Part shown: positions 37,994 through 50,017 of the stretch, piece by piece
Layout of the letters: every line of letters starts with the position of its first letter
Numbering within the stretch: position 1 is the first letter of the stretch
Source of the DNA: Cycas panzhihuaensis
Lineage: Eukaryota; Plantae; Cycadophyta
DNA: 64,000 nt
Assembly (NCBI GenBank): GCA_023213395.1
Contig: CM041465.1
Span: forward strand, 225,005,741-225,069,740
Direction of reading: 5' to 3'
Translations under genes and position numbers: made by a program
Notes under the pieces: generated by a model
Databases searched by the model: none
What the model was told of the DNA's origin: nothing
What the model saw: the letters and a program-made list of their open reading frames with translations, nothing else

Positions 37994-38508
37994 TTCAAGG
38001 AAAAAACATGCATAATAGGATCTATTTGAGGAATCAGAGAGGACACATTATGAAGCATACAAAGATGAAAACTTGATTAACAACTTGTCAAGGCAAGCAT
38101 AAGCTACATAACATAACAAAGAATAGGGAGGAGAATTGATCTTCCACTCAACCTATTAGAGTAGTGTCAGTAGCATAACACTAGCTTGGAAAACTACATA
38201 CCATACAAGGAAAGTATGACTCCTTATAAAGGAGTTTGAGTGTACATGATTGTGGCACATGCCATAGATCAAAAGAAGAAGACAAAGCAGGGTGAAACTC
38301 TACTTCCTAGGTGTGTGAGGATGGTGACAAGTGTTGGCCATCAAAAGTTGACTTTTCTACTTAGCACGTGGAAAAGATACAAAAGACAAAAAGGATAATA
38401 TGACAATTTAAAAATCAAACAAAGGAGCACTTTAGCATAAAGCATAAAGTGCCAAAATACAAATTTACATAGTCAAGACTTAATACTTAAGACGTGAAGG
38501 TTTCAACA
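37994..38508 (-). repeat. 5' LTR of the 24.4-kb copia
   Basis: Aligns with 14152-14665 and is adjacent to the Met PBS. Confidence 0.92.
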
Positions 38509-39050
38509 GATAAGTCCCGGAAAGCCTTGAACCTTTGAGATATTTTTTGGAGTTGGCCAATCAACAATGGCTCGTACCTTGGCCGAATCAATCTTTACCC
38601 CTTCTTGAGATATTGTGTAGCCTAAGTAGTGTAACATTTTTCTTTTGAAGCTACATTTGGATCTCTTTGCATAAAATTTGTTGATGCATAATTTTCATAA
38701 TGCTAATTCTAGGTGTTGAAAAAGTTCCTCCCATGTTTTTCTATAGATTAGAATGTTGTTAGAGAAAACCATAACAAATATACTTAAAAAGGGTGTGAGT
38801 AACTTATTCATTGTTAATCAAAATGTAGTTAGTGCATTGGTAAGGCCAAAGGGAATGACCTTAAACTCGGATAACCCTTGATACATTTGGAAGGCTATTT
38901 TTTCTATGTTTTGTGGGCAGATTGGAATCTAATAATATCTTGAATGAAGATCGATTTTGAAGAAATAGGTAGTTCCATATAGCTCATCAATTATACCATC
39001 CATTTAAGGGATTGGATATTTATTTTTAATTGTTATCTTGTTTTATTTTC
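38509..39050 (-). mobile_element. RT portion of the same chromovirus, continuing 12060-14151
   Basis: Minus strand: YPIP..DELYGTTYFFKIDLHSRYY*I, FKVIPFGLTNALTTF, HYLGYTISQEGVKID. Joining across the TSD gives VQGFPGLIKYCRKFIKGYA in frame. Confidence 0.88.
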
Positions 39051-41233
39051 TCAAAGGACTACAAAGGACCAAAAACAATATGGATTATTTGTTTGTAGTT
39101 GTTGATCGATTCAGTAAAATGGTGGTGTTGATTCCATATAAGAAGACACATACAGGAGAAGACATAGCTAGATTGTTTTCCTAGAATGTTTGGAAGCATT
39201 TTGGACTTCCTAACTCAATCATTTTTTATTGAGACAACAAATTTTTGAGCCGTTTTTGGCAAATGCTTTGGGGAATGATGGACACGAATCCGAAGATGGG
39301 CACGACCTTTCATCCTCAAACAGATGGCCAGACTGAAGTTGTCAATAGGACGTTGGTGCAACTGTTACGAGGATACAATGCCAAGCATCCTAAGACTTGG
39401 CATGAAAGTCTCCCATACCTACAATTTGCCTTCAACAGAGCAGTCCATAGCTCAACTCAGAAATCACCATTCGAGGTATGTTTGGAATTTTTGCCTGCAA
39501 GTCCATTTGATTTAGAATTTTCGGCTCAACTTACAATAGGAAATGGAAAGGAGGAAGAAGGACAAGAAGGCATAAAGATTCTTGGAAAGAATCAGAAAAA
39601 TTCATTAACAGGTTGAGGAGCAGCTTCAAAAATCTTAGCAGAGGTATAAATAAAGGCATGATGCACACAGAACCAGCCATTCCTCCAAGGAAGGAGATCG
39701 AGTTTGATTGCATTTCAGCAAGAAAAGATTGCAAGGTGAAGGTAAAAAGCTGAAGCCTATTCGTTATGGTCCCTTTTCAGTATTGAAGAAGATTGGGGAA
39801 AATACTTTTCAGCTTGAACTTTCAAAATTCATAAAGATGTATTCAGTCATGATGTTGAGAATTTGAAGATGTTCGAGCCATCCATGTTGGATGAAGATGA
39901 AGACGGAGTTCCACTTTTGCCAAATCTGGAGGAGTTGCAGGTGGAGAACGAAGAACTAATGCAAAATGATTGCATTCTTCAAAAGAAGCAAACCAAGACC
40001 AGAAGAGGCACAATTGGGTCCTTCAGGATTGCAGTGAAAGAACAAGTGCCCAGCAAAGCAAAATGGTACAACATGAAGAAGGGAAAAATCAAATTCCTTC
40101 ACCTACAACTATAAGGTTTGTGAGGCCATGAACTCCTAAAAAATGGGAGTTTTGATCCGTTTTCAGATCTATTAATTTCATAATACTCTTCAAAATGAGT
40201 ATAAAATGCATTGGTAATATTTATTTTTATGTTTCTAACCTTCGTTTAACAAAAAAGTGTCATTCAGATGCTTAAAAATCAGAAAAAAGGCAATTCTGGT
40301 ACAACCTGTCCTTACCAGTGGTGCAACCAGATGACCTATCGATGTGACCAGACGACCGGTCAGTGCGACCAAATGACCTGTCGGTGCGACCAGACCCGCA
40401 GATTGCAACCATCAGGTGTGACCTAAAAATGGAAAATGAACAGAAAAATCGATTTTTGACAGAGGAAGAAGATTCTGTTTGGCACGAAAATTTAGGAAGA
40501 TGTTCATACATGTGTCCTCTCCTTAATAGAAGAAAGAAACCATAGATTAAAATGGATTTTAATCAGTTTTCAGCCGATCAAAATGCAAGTTAAAAAGTAA
40601 AATGGAAAAACGGTTTTGGAAGCAGAACGGACACGACAGGGTTTTAAAACTGCCTAGATCTGTCCAGAAATCAAGGGAAGGACACCCAGCAATTGAAGAC
40701 ACAACGGAAGAGCAAGAATCATGAGGAGAAAAGCTCTAGATAGCTGCCCAAAACGTAATTTTGCTCTAAATCTGTGAGGCGCAAGAAACAAAGGAGAAAT
40801 AGAAGTGCGGCAAAAAAATATTCGTTCGTGAGGCATTGGAAAGTGCCCAAATTCACTCATGAGTCATTGGAGAGTCCAAGGAAGACTTAGACACAGCCAA
40901 AGGAGGAGGAAAACCAGCCATAGCAGTCCAAAGAAGACGTCCAGGCAGAAATCTTCTCCAAAAAAGGGTTTGAGGCTGAACAACAGCCAAATCTTCATAG
41001 TTGGATTGTTGGTAAAGTACCAGGGAGTACGCAGCAGCCCCGAATTCGCCCAACACACATTCCTCTACTTCTAAATTGCTGTAGTAGTCATGTTCATGCT
41101 CAGTAGAGCGCAAAAATATAGAATTTTGTAAGAAAATCAAAATATTTTGAAATATAATGTAACATATTGTATATTGCTTCTGAATTTGTTTCAATTGGAC
41201 TAAGTCTTCACTTTTCCATTCAAATTCAGATCA
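39051..41233 (+). mobile_element. 5'-truncated Ty3/gypsy: integrase, PPT and 3' LTR (40153-41233)
   Basis: FVVVDRFSKM, TFHPQTDGQTEVVNRTLVQLLR, KLKPIRYGPF. Purine-rich AAAAAATGGGAG before an LTR with TGATC...GATCA termini. 21-bp repeats at 40320-40395. Confidence 0.9.
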
Positions 41234-41235
41234 AT

Positions 41236-43945
41236 ATTTAGGTGATGTTCTTTGCATTCACTTATGCATTCAATGGACCATAATTGCTTATGTTCTTTCT
41301 TTGTTTTGTGAAGCGCTTCATCCTATAGTATAGGATACTCAGGATAATGGTATAAGAATGATCTATCTAGGAACAATCCATATGACCGCACAATAAATTA
41401 TCAACTACACAGTGGTAAAATGATCAAATCCATAAAGGATCTATGAACTCTTATGAAATCATTATTGGAAAGAACTCCCTTTTATGGTGTTTAGGAGCAC
41501 CACTCTGCAAGGCCTATCTATGTCGACAAGCCTGCAGGTGAGCCCCAACAGTTGCACCCTTGACTGGCAGTCAACAACTTATGGCTGTCCATTGCCACTT
41601 ACCTGCAGTAGCCTACTTGCCGGCTATCAACAATAGAATCAAATAGCCAAAAACAGCGAAAAATGAACAAGAAACAACCAAAAATGGGCCAGAAATAGCC
41701 AGAAACGTGGTCTGGTCCAGAGATGGCTTGTAAACGGCCCAAAAAATTTTCTGCCAACTCAGAAACATTTCTGGGTTGTTTCTACATTTCCAAAATGTCT
41801 CCGTGCTTCAAAAACAGGAAATGGCCCCATACGTGGCATTTCTGGTAACTTAGGTTGTAAGCTACTGTTGTAAATGGCAACATATGAGGGGCTTCTCCTC
41901 TTGGTGTGCCCCAGTTATGCTTATTGTCTTGTGCTTCCCTTGTTATTTCTCAATGTTCTTCTAATGATACTCTTCCTCTCAAATTTTCTTGTTGCATGTT
42001 ATAACAAGAAGCAATGGATATCTACTTTTGGCCTGTTGTTGTCGTTATGTACACCCACAAAATCAACCAATTTACTGTGTTTTGGACAATGATCATAGTG
42101 GCAACTACACCATTGACACAATAATATTGTTGTTTCGTCCTTCTAATCCCTACCATAAGGTACCCACTTGCTGCATTGGAGTCACTGCACTATTGACCTC
42201 CCGATTTTATCAGAGCCTTATTTGTATCCGTGGTGGTGGTTATTCAAACAGCCACTCAATCTCCTCTTTAATTTGGTTGTGTTATTAAAACTACCCTTGT
42301 CATCATTTGTGAATTCCACATGTTGATTTTGTTTGGCTTTCATGTCAAATCCATGTGTCCTTGTCATGGTTATCTACATTGTTTGATTGGCTATCCATTA
42401 TTTAGGTGATGTTCTTTGCATTCAATGCACCATAACTGCTTATGTTCTTTGTTTTGTGAAGTGCTTCATCCTATTGTATAGGATACTTGGGATAATGGTA
42501 TAAGAATGACCTATCTAGGAACAATCCATATGACCGCACAATAAATTATCAACTACACAATGATAAAATGATCAAATTCTTAAAGGATCTATGAACTCTT
42601 ATGAAATCATTATTGGAAAGAACTCCCTTTTATGGTGTTTAGGAGCACCACTCTGCAAGGCCCATCTATGTGGACAAGCCTGCAGGTGAGCCCTCACAGT
42701 TGCACCCTTGACTGGCAGTCAACAACTCATGGCTATCCATTGCCACTTACTTGCAGTAGCCTACTTGCCAGCTATCAACAATAGAATCCAATAGCCAAAA
42801 ACAGAGAAAAATGGACAAGAAACAACCAAAAATGGAGCAGAAATGGCTGGAAACGTGATCTGGTCCAGAAACGGCTTGTAAATGGCCCCATTTTTTTTCT
42901 GCCAACTCAGAAACATTTCTAGGTTGTTTCTACATTTCCAAAACGTTTTTGTGCTTCAAAAACAGGAAATGGTCCCATACATGGCATTTCTGGTAAGTTA
43001 GGTTGTAAGCTACTGTTGTAAATGGCAACTTCTCCTCTTGATGTGCCCCAGTTATGCTTATTGCGTTGTGCTTCCCTCGTCAGTTCTCGATGTTCTTCTA
43101 ATGGTACTCTTCCGCTCAAATTTTCTTGTTGCATGTTATAACAAGAAATAATGGATACCTACTTTTGGCCTATTGTTGTCGTTATGTACATCCACAAAAT
43201 CAACCAATTTACTGTGTTTTGGACAATGATCATAGTGGCAACTACACCATTGCACAATAATATTGTTGTTTGGTCCTTGTAATCCCTACCATAAGGTGCC
43301 CACTTGCTGTATTTGAGTCACTGCACTATTGACTTCCCGATCTTATCAGAGCCTTATTTGTGTCCGTGGTGGTGGTTATTCAAACAGCCACTCAATCTCC
43401 TCTTTAATTTGGTTGTGCCATTAAAACTACCCTTGTCATCATTTGTGAATTCCACTAGTTGATTTTGTCTGGCTTTCATGTCAAATCCATATCTGTCCTT
43501 GTCATGGTTATCTACTTTGTTTGATTGGTTATCCATTATTTAGCTGATGTTCTTTGCATTCACTTATGCATTCAATGCACCATAACTGCTTATGTTCTTT
43601 CTTTGTTTTGTGAAGTGCTTCATCCTATAGTATAGGATACTTGGGATAATGGTATAAGAATGATCTATCTAGGAACAATCCATATGACTGCACGATACAT
43701 TATGAACTACACTGATAAAATGATCAAATCCATAAAGGATCTATGAACTCTTATGAAGTCATTATTGGAAAGAACTCCCTTTTATGGTGTTTAGGAGCAC
43801 CACTCTGCAAGGCCTATCTATGTAGACAAACCTGCAGGTGAGCCCCCACAGTTGCACCCTTGACTGGCAGTCAACAACTTATGGCTGTCCATTGCCACTT
43901 ACCTGCAGTACCCTACTTGCCAGCTATCAACAATAGAATCAAATA
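41236..43945. repeat. Tandem duplication, unit ~1.15 kb, ~2.35 copies
   Basis: Units start tatttag(g/c)tgatgttctttgcattca at ~41236, ~42399 and ~43537. The third copy stops after aatagaatcaaatag. Confidence 0.95.
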
Positions 43946-44104
43946 GATTAGATATGAAGTTAATGAAAGTAATTTTCTGGGTCTTAGTTTTGTGCTTAAA
44001 GGGAAATAAAATATATGATAGTGCATGGAACTGAAAAGCTGAAGCTATTGCATTACATGTTATAACACGGCTTTTTTGGTTTGATATTCCAAACTGTTTT
44101 GCAG

Positions 44105-44197
44105 GTATCGCTTCTGTACAATGAGTTTATTGTTTACAATGTTGAACAAATACGCATGCGCTACCTTCTCCAGGTGAAATTCAACTTTCGGTGTTGA
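44105..44197 (+). CDS. PARP2: Terminal coding exon of poly(ADP-ribose) polymerase (plant PARP2/APP type)
   Basis: Acceptor tgttttgcAG at 44104, then VSLLYNEFIVYNVEQIRMRYLLQVKFNFRC*. This matches the PARP catalytic C-terminus LLYNEYIVY..Q....Y...VKFN, including the catalytic Glu. Too short for the ORF track. Confidence 0.92.
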   Translation, partial: VSLLYNEFIVYNVEQIRMRYLLQVKFNFRC

Positions 44198-47100
44198 AAC
44201 CTTAGAGGGAGCAAACCTTATTGCACAGAAAAGTCTCTCACAAGAAAATGTAGAGATGCAATGTTGGCATGTTGTCTGTGATTACATTATTTAATCAAGA
44301 ACTATGAACTCAGGAAGAAAAAAAAAGAAGGCAGATTATTTTTGGACAGTGTACAAATTAACACGATGAAAGGATTGAGTCATATGCTGTTTCGGAGACC
44401 ACTATCCTGATTTTCAGACCCATTTCTGGAAGCCATACAAGCAATCCCCACATGGCATCTATTGCTTTTTGATATGACATAAGCATACCATGAGAGAATA
44501 CAAAGACAGAATTATGAAAGACGAGATTTGGTGGTCATGTTTTATGTATATTATTTGAAGTAGAAGTTCTAGGAGATGGTTATTCTTTGCGAGCTTTTAC
44601 ATAATTTCAAACTGTTGTGGAGAACGACTCTTTGCAGATAGCTTTGATCTGCAGTGGCCATGATCCATAGAGATTCAATCTCCAGCCACCAAATTTGTCT
44701 ATTCCAGGGGCCCATGTCCCCGTGTCTCTTTTCAAGGGGGAATTTTAGATTTTTTCAAGATCAGGCTGCATTGAGGCAAACATTGAAATAGTTTCAATAG
44801 TGCCTAACGGAACAGATTTTTTGTATTTGAATGGTAGTATTGTGAGATTATAAACTGTTGTAGATTATAAGACATTAAATTAAGATAGATTATAAGACAT
44901 TTAGTTAAGCTATTGTAGTGAGGCTGCTTTGGCATTACAGTAAAATCAATGTCACTACCAGAAGTTACTTAGAAAGTTGTGGGGTCCCAGTTAGCAGGCA
45001 GCAGTATAGTTACAGATTGTGCTATAATGAGTTACAGGTCAATGGAAAACAACTATCACATGGATTCCTTCACTCTTAGCAGCTGGTCACTATTGTTTTC
45101 AAGCGTTCCAGCATATAAAACTAGCTTAACCGTGCATGTGCAGCGTATCACTCTATCTCTTGGTCTTCTGCCTTTCTTGTAGGCCAACTAACTTGAATAG
45201 GGCAATCCCTTGGAGTGTATCAAACAAGAATTTTACATTATCATCAATTAAATTGGATCATTGGAACTGTTAATATATTCATGCTCCATTGAAGTTATTG
45301 TGTCTCAATGTGTGTGTGGAATCCAAAGCTGCACAGCAATATTTAGTCTATGACATTTCTGTTGTTGAATTCCAGCAATATTGCCATGCATTGAAAATGC
45401 TTAGGGCTGTTCAAATAGTGCATTTTACGTTTGTGCTTGCCATTACATCATTAATGAAAACCCCATGATTATCAATGACATTCTTTATTTTTTAAACAAT
45501 TTTTATTTGTCCAATCTAAATTTTTGCACAAATGATTCAAAAAAGTATTGCCATTCATGAAATTTGGGCTCATTAACATTCCCATGGGTGTAAAAATAGA
45601 TGAGCTGGCAGATAGTTTGACCACACCCTTTGGTGTTCATTGGATTGGTTTTCGAATAACATGAGAAATTATATAATATCACAAGTAAGCTTCCCAAGAC
45701 AGCTTGTATTCCTAAATAGATGATGTGTCCTCATAGGGCATACTCTATTGGATGCCTTTTGAATTATCTCCAATGTTGTTGACTTTAAGACCATTGATAT
45801 GCTTAATGCTTATTGGGGCCACTACTTGGCATAGGAATCCTTTGGTGTGCCCCTCATTTGGATATTGCAATGAATAGGACTGGTTCATCAAGCCGATCAA
45901 TGTGTTACCGAATTACTACTTCGCTTTCATCTCTGGTCAATTAGGAATATATCTTACTAATCAACTACCCTTTCTTCTGATCCATTTCTAGCCTTTCCAT
46001 TTCCATCAAACGACTTGGCCTCCTCTGGCTCTTTCACTGTTTGGACTCCCCTCTGGTTCCACCCCCCCCCAAACCCTGCAAAAAGGCTTCTTTTCCTCCC
46101 TATGCTCCTATTGGGAATCCTAATAATATATGGTGGATATATGCTAGATAAATAAGAGATACAAACAATATATCCAGTTTAACCCATAGCTTTACTCTGC
46201 GTAGCAAAGGGAAGGCATGGGCCACTATTCTAAGGCACAGGTTATATACAGTAATCTAAGGTGTTTTTCCACCTCATCTCATCTGTCCCTAGAAGGCCTA
46301 AGTCACAGTGATGATCTTTTGCCACTGATGTTAGCAATATGCAGTGATTGGGTATCAGTGATAATTAGATTGCATTAACTTGAGCATTGATGTTGTGTGT
46401 AGCATGGGTGTCCAATCCCATCTTGGTATGATCCTTCTTGGGTCAATGGCTTGTGCCACTATGTTAAAAACTACTCACCCATCTACTCTATGTCCACCCC
46501 TTCCTATTGTACACAAACTTAATGAAAGGTGGGGCTCCATGCACAATACTATGGGGGGCACATGCTTAATTGTGTCACACTTAGCATGGCAGTGCTATAA
46601 TGGTATTGTGTATATGGACACAATTTTTTGTTAAGCTCTCTCTCTGCACTTCTGTTCGCTAGCCCCAACTTATATTGGAATTCCTAGATGCATTTTGTTG
46701 AAATGCCATGTTCTAAGTTTGAATCAACGTATTTTTTGGGCTACTATCTTTAGTTATCAAATTATGCATCTAAATAAGCATTCAACTTTTAAGAACACTC
46801 TGCCATCATAATTCTCCAATACGTGTATGTCTATGCTTACCCCTCATTACACTTTCCCAATATATACTTCTTGGATTTCCAACTGTAGACAAACCTCCAA
46901 GTGCTAACGCCCTTCTTACTAGCCCATCCATAAAACTAATAAAATTCACTTTGTTGCAATTGTTTCTCATCCAAAAACAATTATAACAAGTTGGTATGCA
47001 ATTTCCACTTAGTAAGACTTCTTAGTTGGCATATGGACCTCCGTATCCACATACTAATAATTAGAGGTGGCATTTTACTCCACTTAGGTGGGTACATTAT

Positions 47101-47846
47101 AAGACAAAATCTTCAATTAGTCAAGTATGCTAAAGATCCATTATATTGCAACTTGAGGTCATGGGTGGTTAAAGGATCAATAACACTTGTTTTCAGCTTC
47201 TTTGCTCCCACCTTTCTTAATGTCTTGAGGCTAACAAAGGGCATTCTACCTTTCCAATGGTTTTCTCTTTTATCATTATTACTATTTTATTTTGCTGCAC
47301 ATTCTAATATCTCTTTGTTCAAGTTGTATTTGTTTTGCGTGCACATACATGTGTTTGAGGAATTGGTTCATTATCACTTTGGTTATTAAAATCAAGGAAC
47401 CATTCACTACAGTTGTTTCTAAGACTAGGCATAAAACCCTAGTAAGATATGTTGTAATATTGAATGTTATTGACCTAAATGGAATCACTATGGTTATGGG
47501 ATTTTCTTTGTGTTGAGGATAGAACTAATAAATGTGATTAATCCTTGATTGTTGTTTCTATCATGCACTCACAAAAACAAAATTATATTGGTATTCACTA
47601 GGGACCAAAAACATTCTATGAGACTATGGAGAAGATGATGGATTCATATAATTATGAGGTGTGCACAAAGCATTCCTAAGTTCAAGAACAACTAATCTAC
47701 CAACCAATAGCCATTTGAAGACCGTGGGTCTACTACAACATATCTAGCACACTATATCTATTATATGTTTAATACTATCGCTAGCACAAAATAGTAAGGG
47801 AAATCAAGTGGTCCCATAAGTATAACCCTTAAAGGACAAGGTCAAT

Positions 47847-48013
47847 AGGTCGGGCGCTAAGATGCACTAGTTGGTATCTCCCATACAGTGTTGGAAGTCT
47901 CAAGTCCAACTCCCACAGGGGGGTTATAGAGGAGAATTGAATGAAAGGGCGATAAACCCCAACAAACGAGGATCCAATCCCATCTGCTCGTACTTACCAT
48001 CAAAACAAAAAGG
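47847..48013 (+). mobile_element. tRNA-derived SINE
   Basis: 14-bp TSD AGGACAAGGTCAAT at 47833-47846 and 48014-48027, A-box-like TGCACTAGTTGG, B-box-like AGTCCAACTCC, A-rich tail CAAAACAAAAA. Confidence 0.8.
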
Positions 48014-49134
48014 AGGACAAGGTCAATGAGAGTCTCAAGTATCCAATATTAGAAAATACTTTTTACTACTAAATATAAATTGCTCGTACATCTTTGTTGA
48101 AAGTTTTCGTCTTCTTAGATGAATGTTTTGTTTAATGTTACCATGTTTGATTTATTGCATCATTAGCAAAAATGAGGGGCACATGTTCTTCATAGGCACC
48201 AACTATCCCATATATAACACATTTTGTAAGTTTAGGTGCAAAAAATAACTTCTTAGAGAATGAATATTCTATGAATTTGCCAAGGCATTTGCTCATTCAA
48301 TGGGATAAGAATATTTGTATTTTCCTTATGTTAAAAAGCAAACAAGAATGATATTCACTCTAATTTTCAAAGGGTTTTTTGGCTTCGCAAGTAGAGAAGC
48401 ATAAATAAAACAAGTATAAGATGATGCATTGTTGATTTGATTTGTTCATCCATCCATTGAATTATTTTTTGTGCTAAACAATAATTTTAAGACATAAACT
48501 CCAAAAGGATAAGGGCATAGAGTTTTGTATAATACAGTGCAAGATTAGCATATATTTTTATAAATTTCAAAACAATGTAAAATTGACAAACTCACATGAT
48601 TAATACATATTTGTAACTTTATGTTTGTTGTGAATTAGAATAATATTGGGTTAGGTTAGTTCTAATGTCTTTCATATATTTGTTTGTGGTGTGAATGCTT
48701 AAATTATTATTGACACATTTTATTAAGAGTTATCTTGTTTCATATCCTTTTAAGTGGCAATTTAAATTGGTGGTTCAAATTAATAACTAATGCAAATTTC
48801 ACCAATGAGGGAAAAGTTAATGTTTTCTATTGATAGCATAGGAACTTGTAACAACCCTCTTTCTTGTCCTTCAGGAAATATTATGGCCCATAATTGGTAA
48901 GTTGTGGTTATAGAGGAGAGTAATGGCCATTGCTTACCCTAGTGTTTAATATCTCTCTCTTAACAAGCTTAAATTATTTTATTTATATGTGAGTTTTGTG
49001 AGTCACTCCCAACCAATCAACTATTTTCTAAACATCCAATTACTAGTTATGCAATATAAGATATCAATAATGAACCCTAACTAAATAACCAAACAATAAT
49101 TTGCACGTATTATATATTAATGTGTATAAAATAT

Positions 49135-49625
49135 CTCTTGTTAAGTACCTAAATTGAAAAGTGATGTATGGTGTCAATTTATGAAGACTTAGAATGGATA
49201 TTGTTGTATAATTTCAATGTATGTTTGTCCATGATTAAGACTTCAAATCCATTATATGCCAAGCAAGTATTTGCAACATGACATTGCAATTCATAATCAA
49301 TCATGTAATATTTCAAAATCCACAATTTGACCTTATGAATATTATTTCACAAAAGTAGTTGAGTCTGAGGTTCATTAACCAAGTATTTTGTTGAAGTACC
49401 TCAATTGAAAAGTGATGTATGGTGTTAATTTATGAGGGAACTTAAAATGGTTTTTGGTGTACAATTGAGTGTATGTTGGTCCATAGTTGAGACTTAAGAT
49501 CTTTGATCTACTAGACAATATTTGAAAAGCATAACAATTGTAACAATCCAATGCACAATCAATCGTACAATATATCAAAATCCACAATTTGACCTTCGTG
49601 CATATTATTACACACAAGTAGCCAA
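49135..49625. repeat. Diverged tandem duplication, unit ~250 bp x2
   Basis: aagtacct.aattgaaaagtgatgtatggtgt at ~49143 and ~49394; caaaatccacaatttgacctt at ~49314 and ~49576. Confidence 0.85.
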
Positions 49626-49991
49626 CTTTAAGCTTCACTAATCAATGCAATGTTAATAATGCAATCAACATGATTTCAACAATACAAGACATCACAATAA
49701 CAAACCATGATCAAATTTCAAAAAATTGAGCAAGCATATGAATTTCCCAATTTTGACATGTAGACTAAACTTAAAGATAATATTTAATTTTAACATCAAT
49801 TATATCTAAACTTTAAAATACACCATAGAAATACTATATGCAGCAAGTAGTTGAAAGAAAGACAAACAATTGATATGAATTTCTATTACACTTAAGCTCA
49901 AAGCAACTACTAAATAAGCTTTATCTTCAACAAGCCACTTGAACCAAAATATTAAAAATTTAATTTCCAATTTCAATTATAGATTCAATTG

Positions 49992-50017
49992 TAATATATG
50001 TGTGTGTGTGTGTGTGT
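49992..50017. repeat. (TA)n(TG)n microsatellite
   Basis: Direct inspection. Confidence 0.9.

Larger units (their letters stand above)
14152..38508 (-). mobile_element. Full-length Ty1/copia element expanded to 24.4 kb by nested insertions and an internal duplication
   Basis: LTR pair 14152-14665 and ~37994-38508 (~88% identical by eye), TSD GATAA at 14147-14151 and 38509-38513, PBS TGGTATCAGAGCT (tRNA-iMet type) at 37978-37990, PPT TTCAGGGGGTG at 14666-14676, gag start IKLTGAENYLTW at ~22796. Confidence 0.93.

Noticed and set aside
1-41233. Antisense orientation bias of TEs relative to PARP2
   Set aside because: Four elements are sense, and elements downstream of the gene are also on the minus strand. 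Too few independent events.
41236-43945. Tandem-array TRIM (LTR-internal-LTR-internal-LTR)
   Set aside because: TGAT...ATCA occurs inside block A, but homology extends beyond it and there is no PBS, PPT or TSD. Simple tandem duplication fits better.
45700-47600. Possible decayed LINE or DNA-transposon fragments and a 132-aa ORF at 46991
   Set aside because: No motif strong enough to assign; no splice or codon support.
47860-47915. tRNA gene
   Set aside because: Box motifs are present but I cannot fold a cloverleaf; the TSD and A-tail indicate a SINE.
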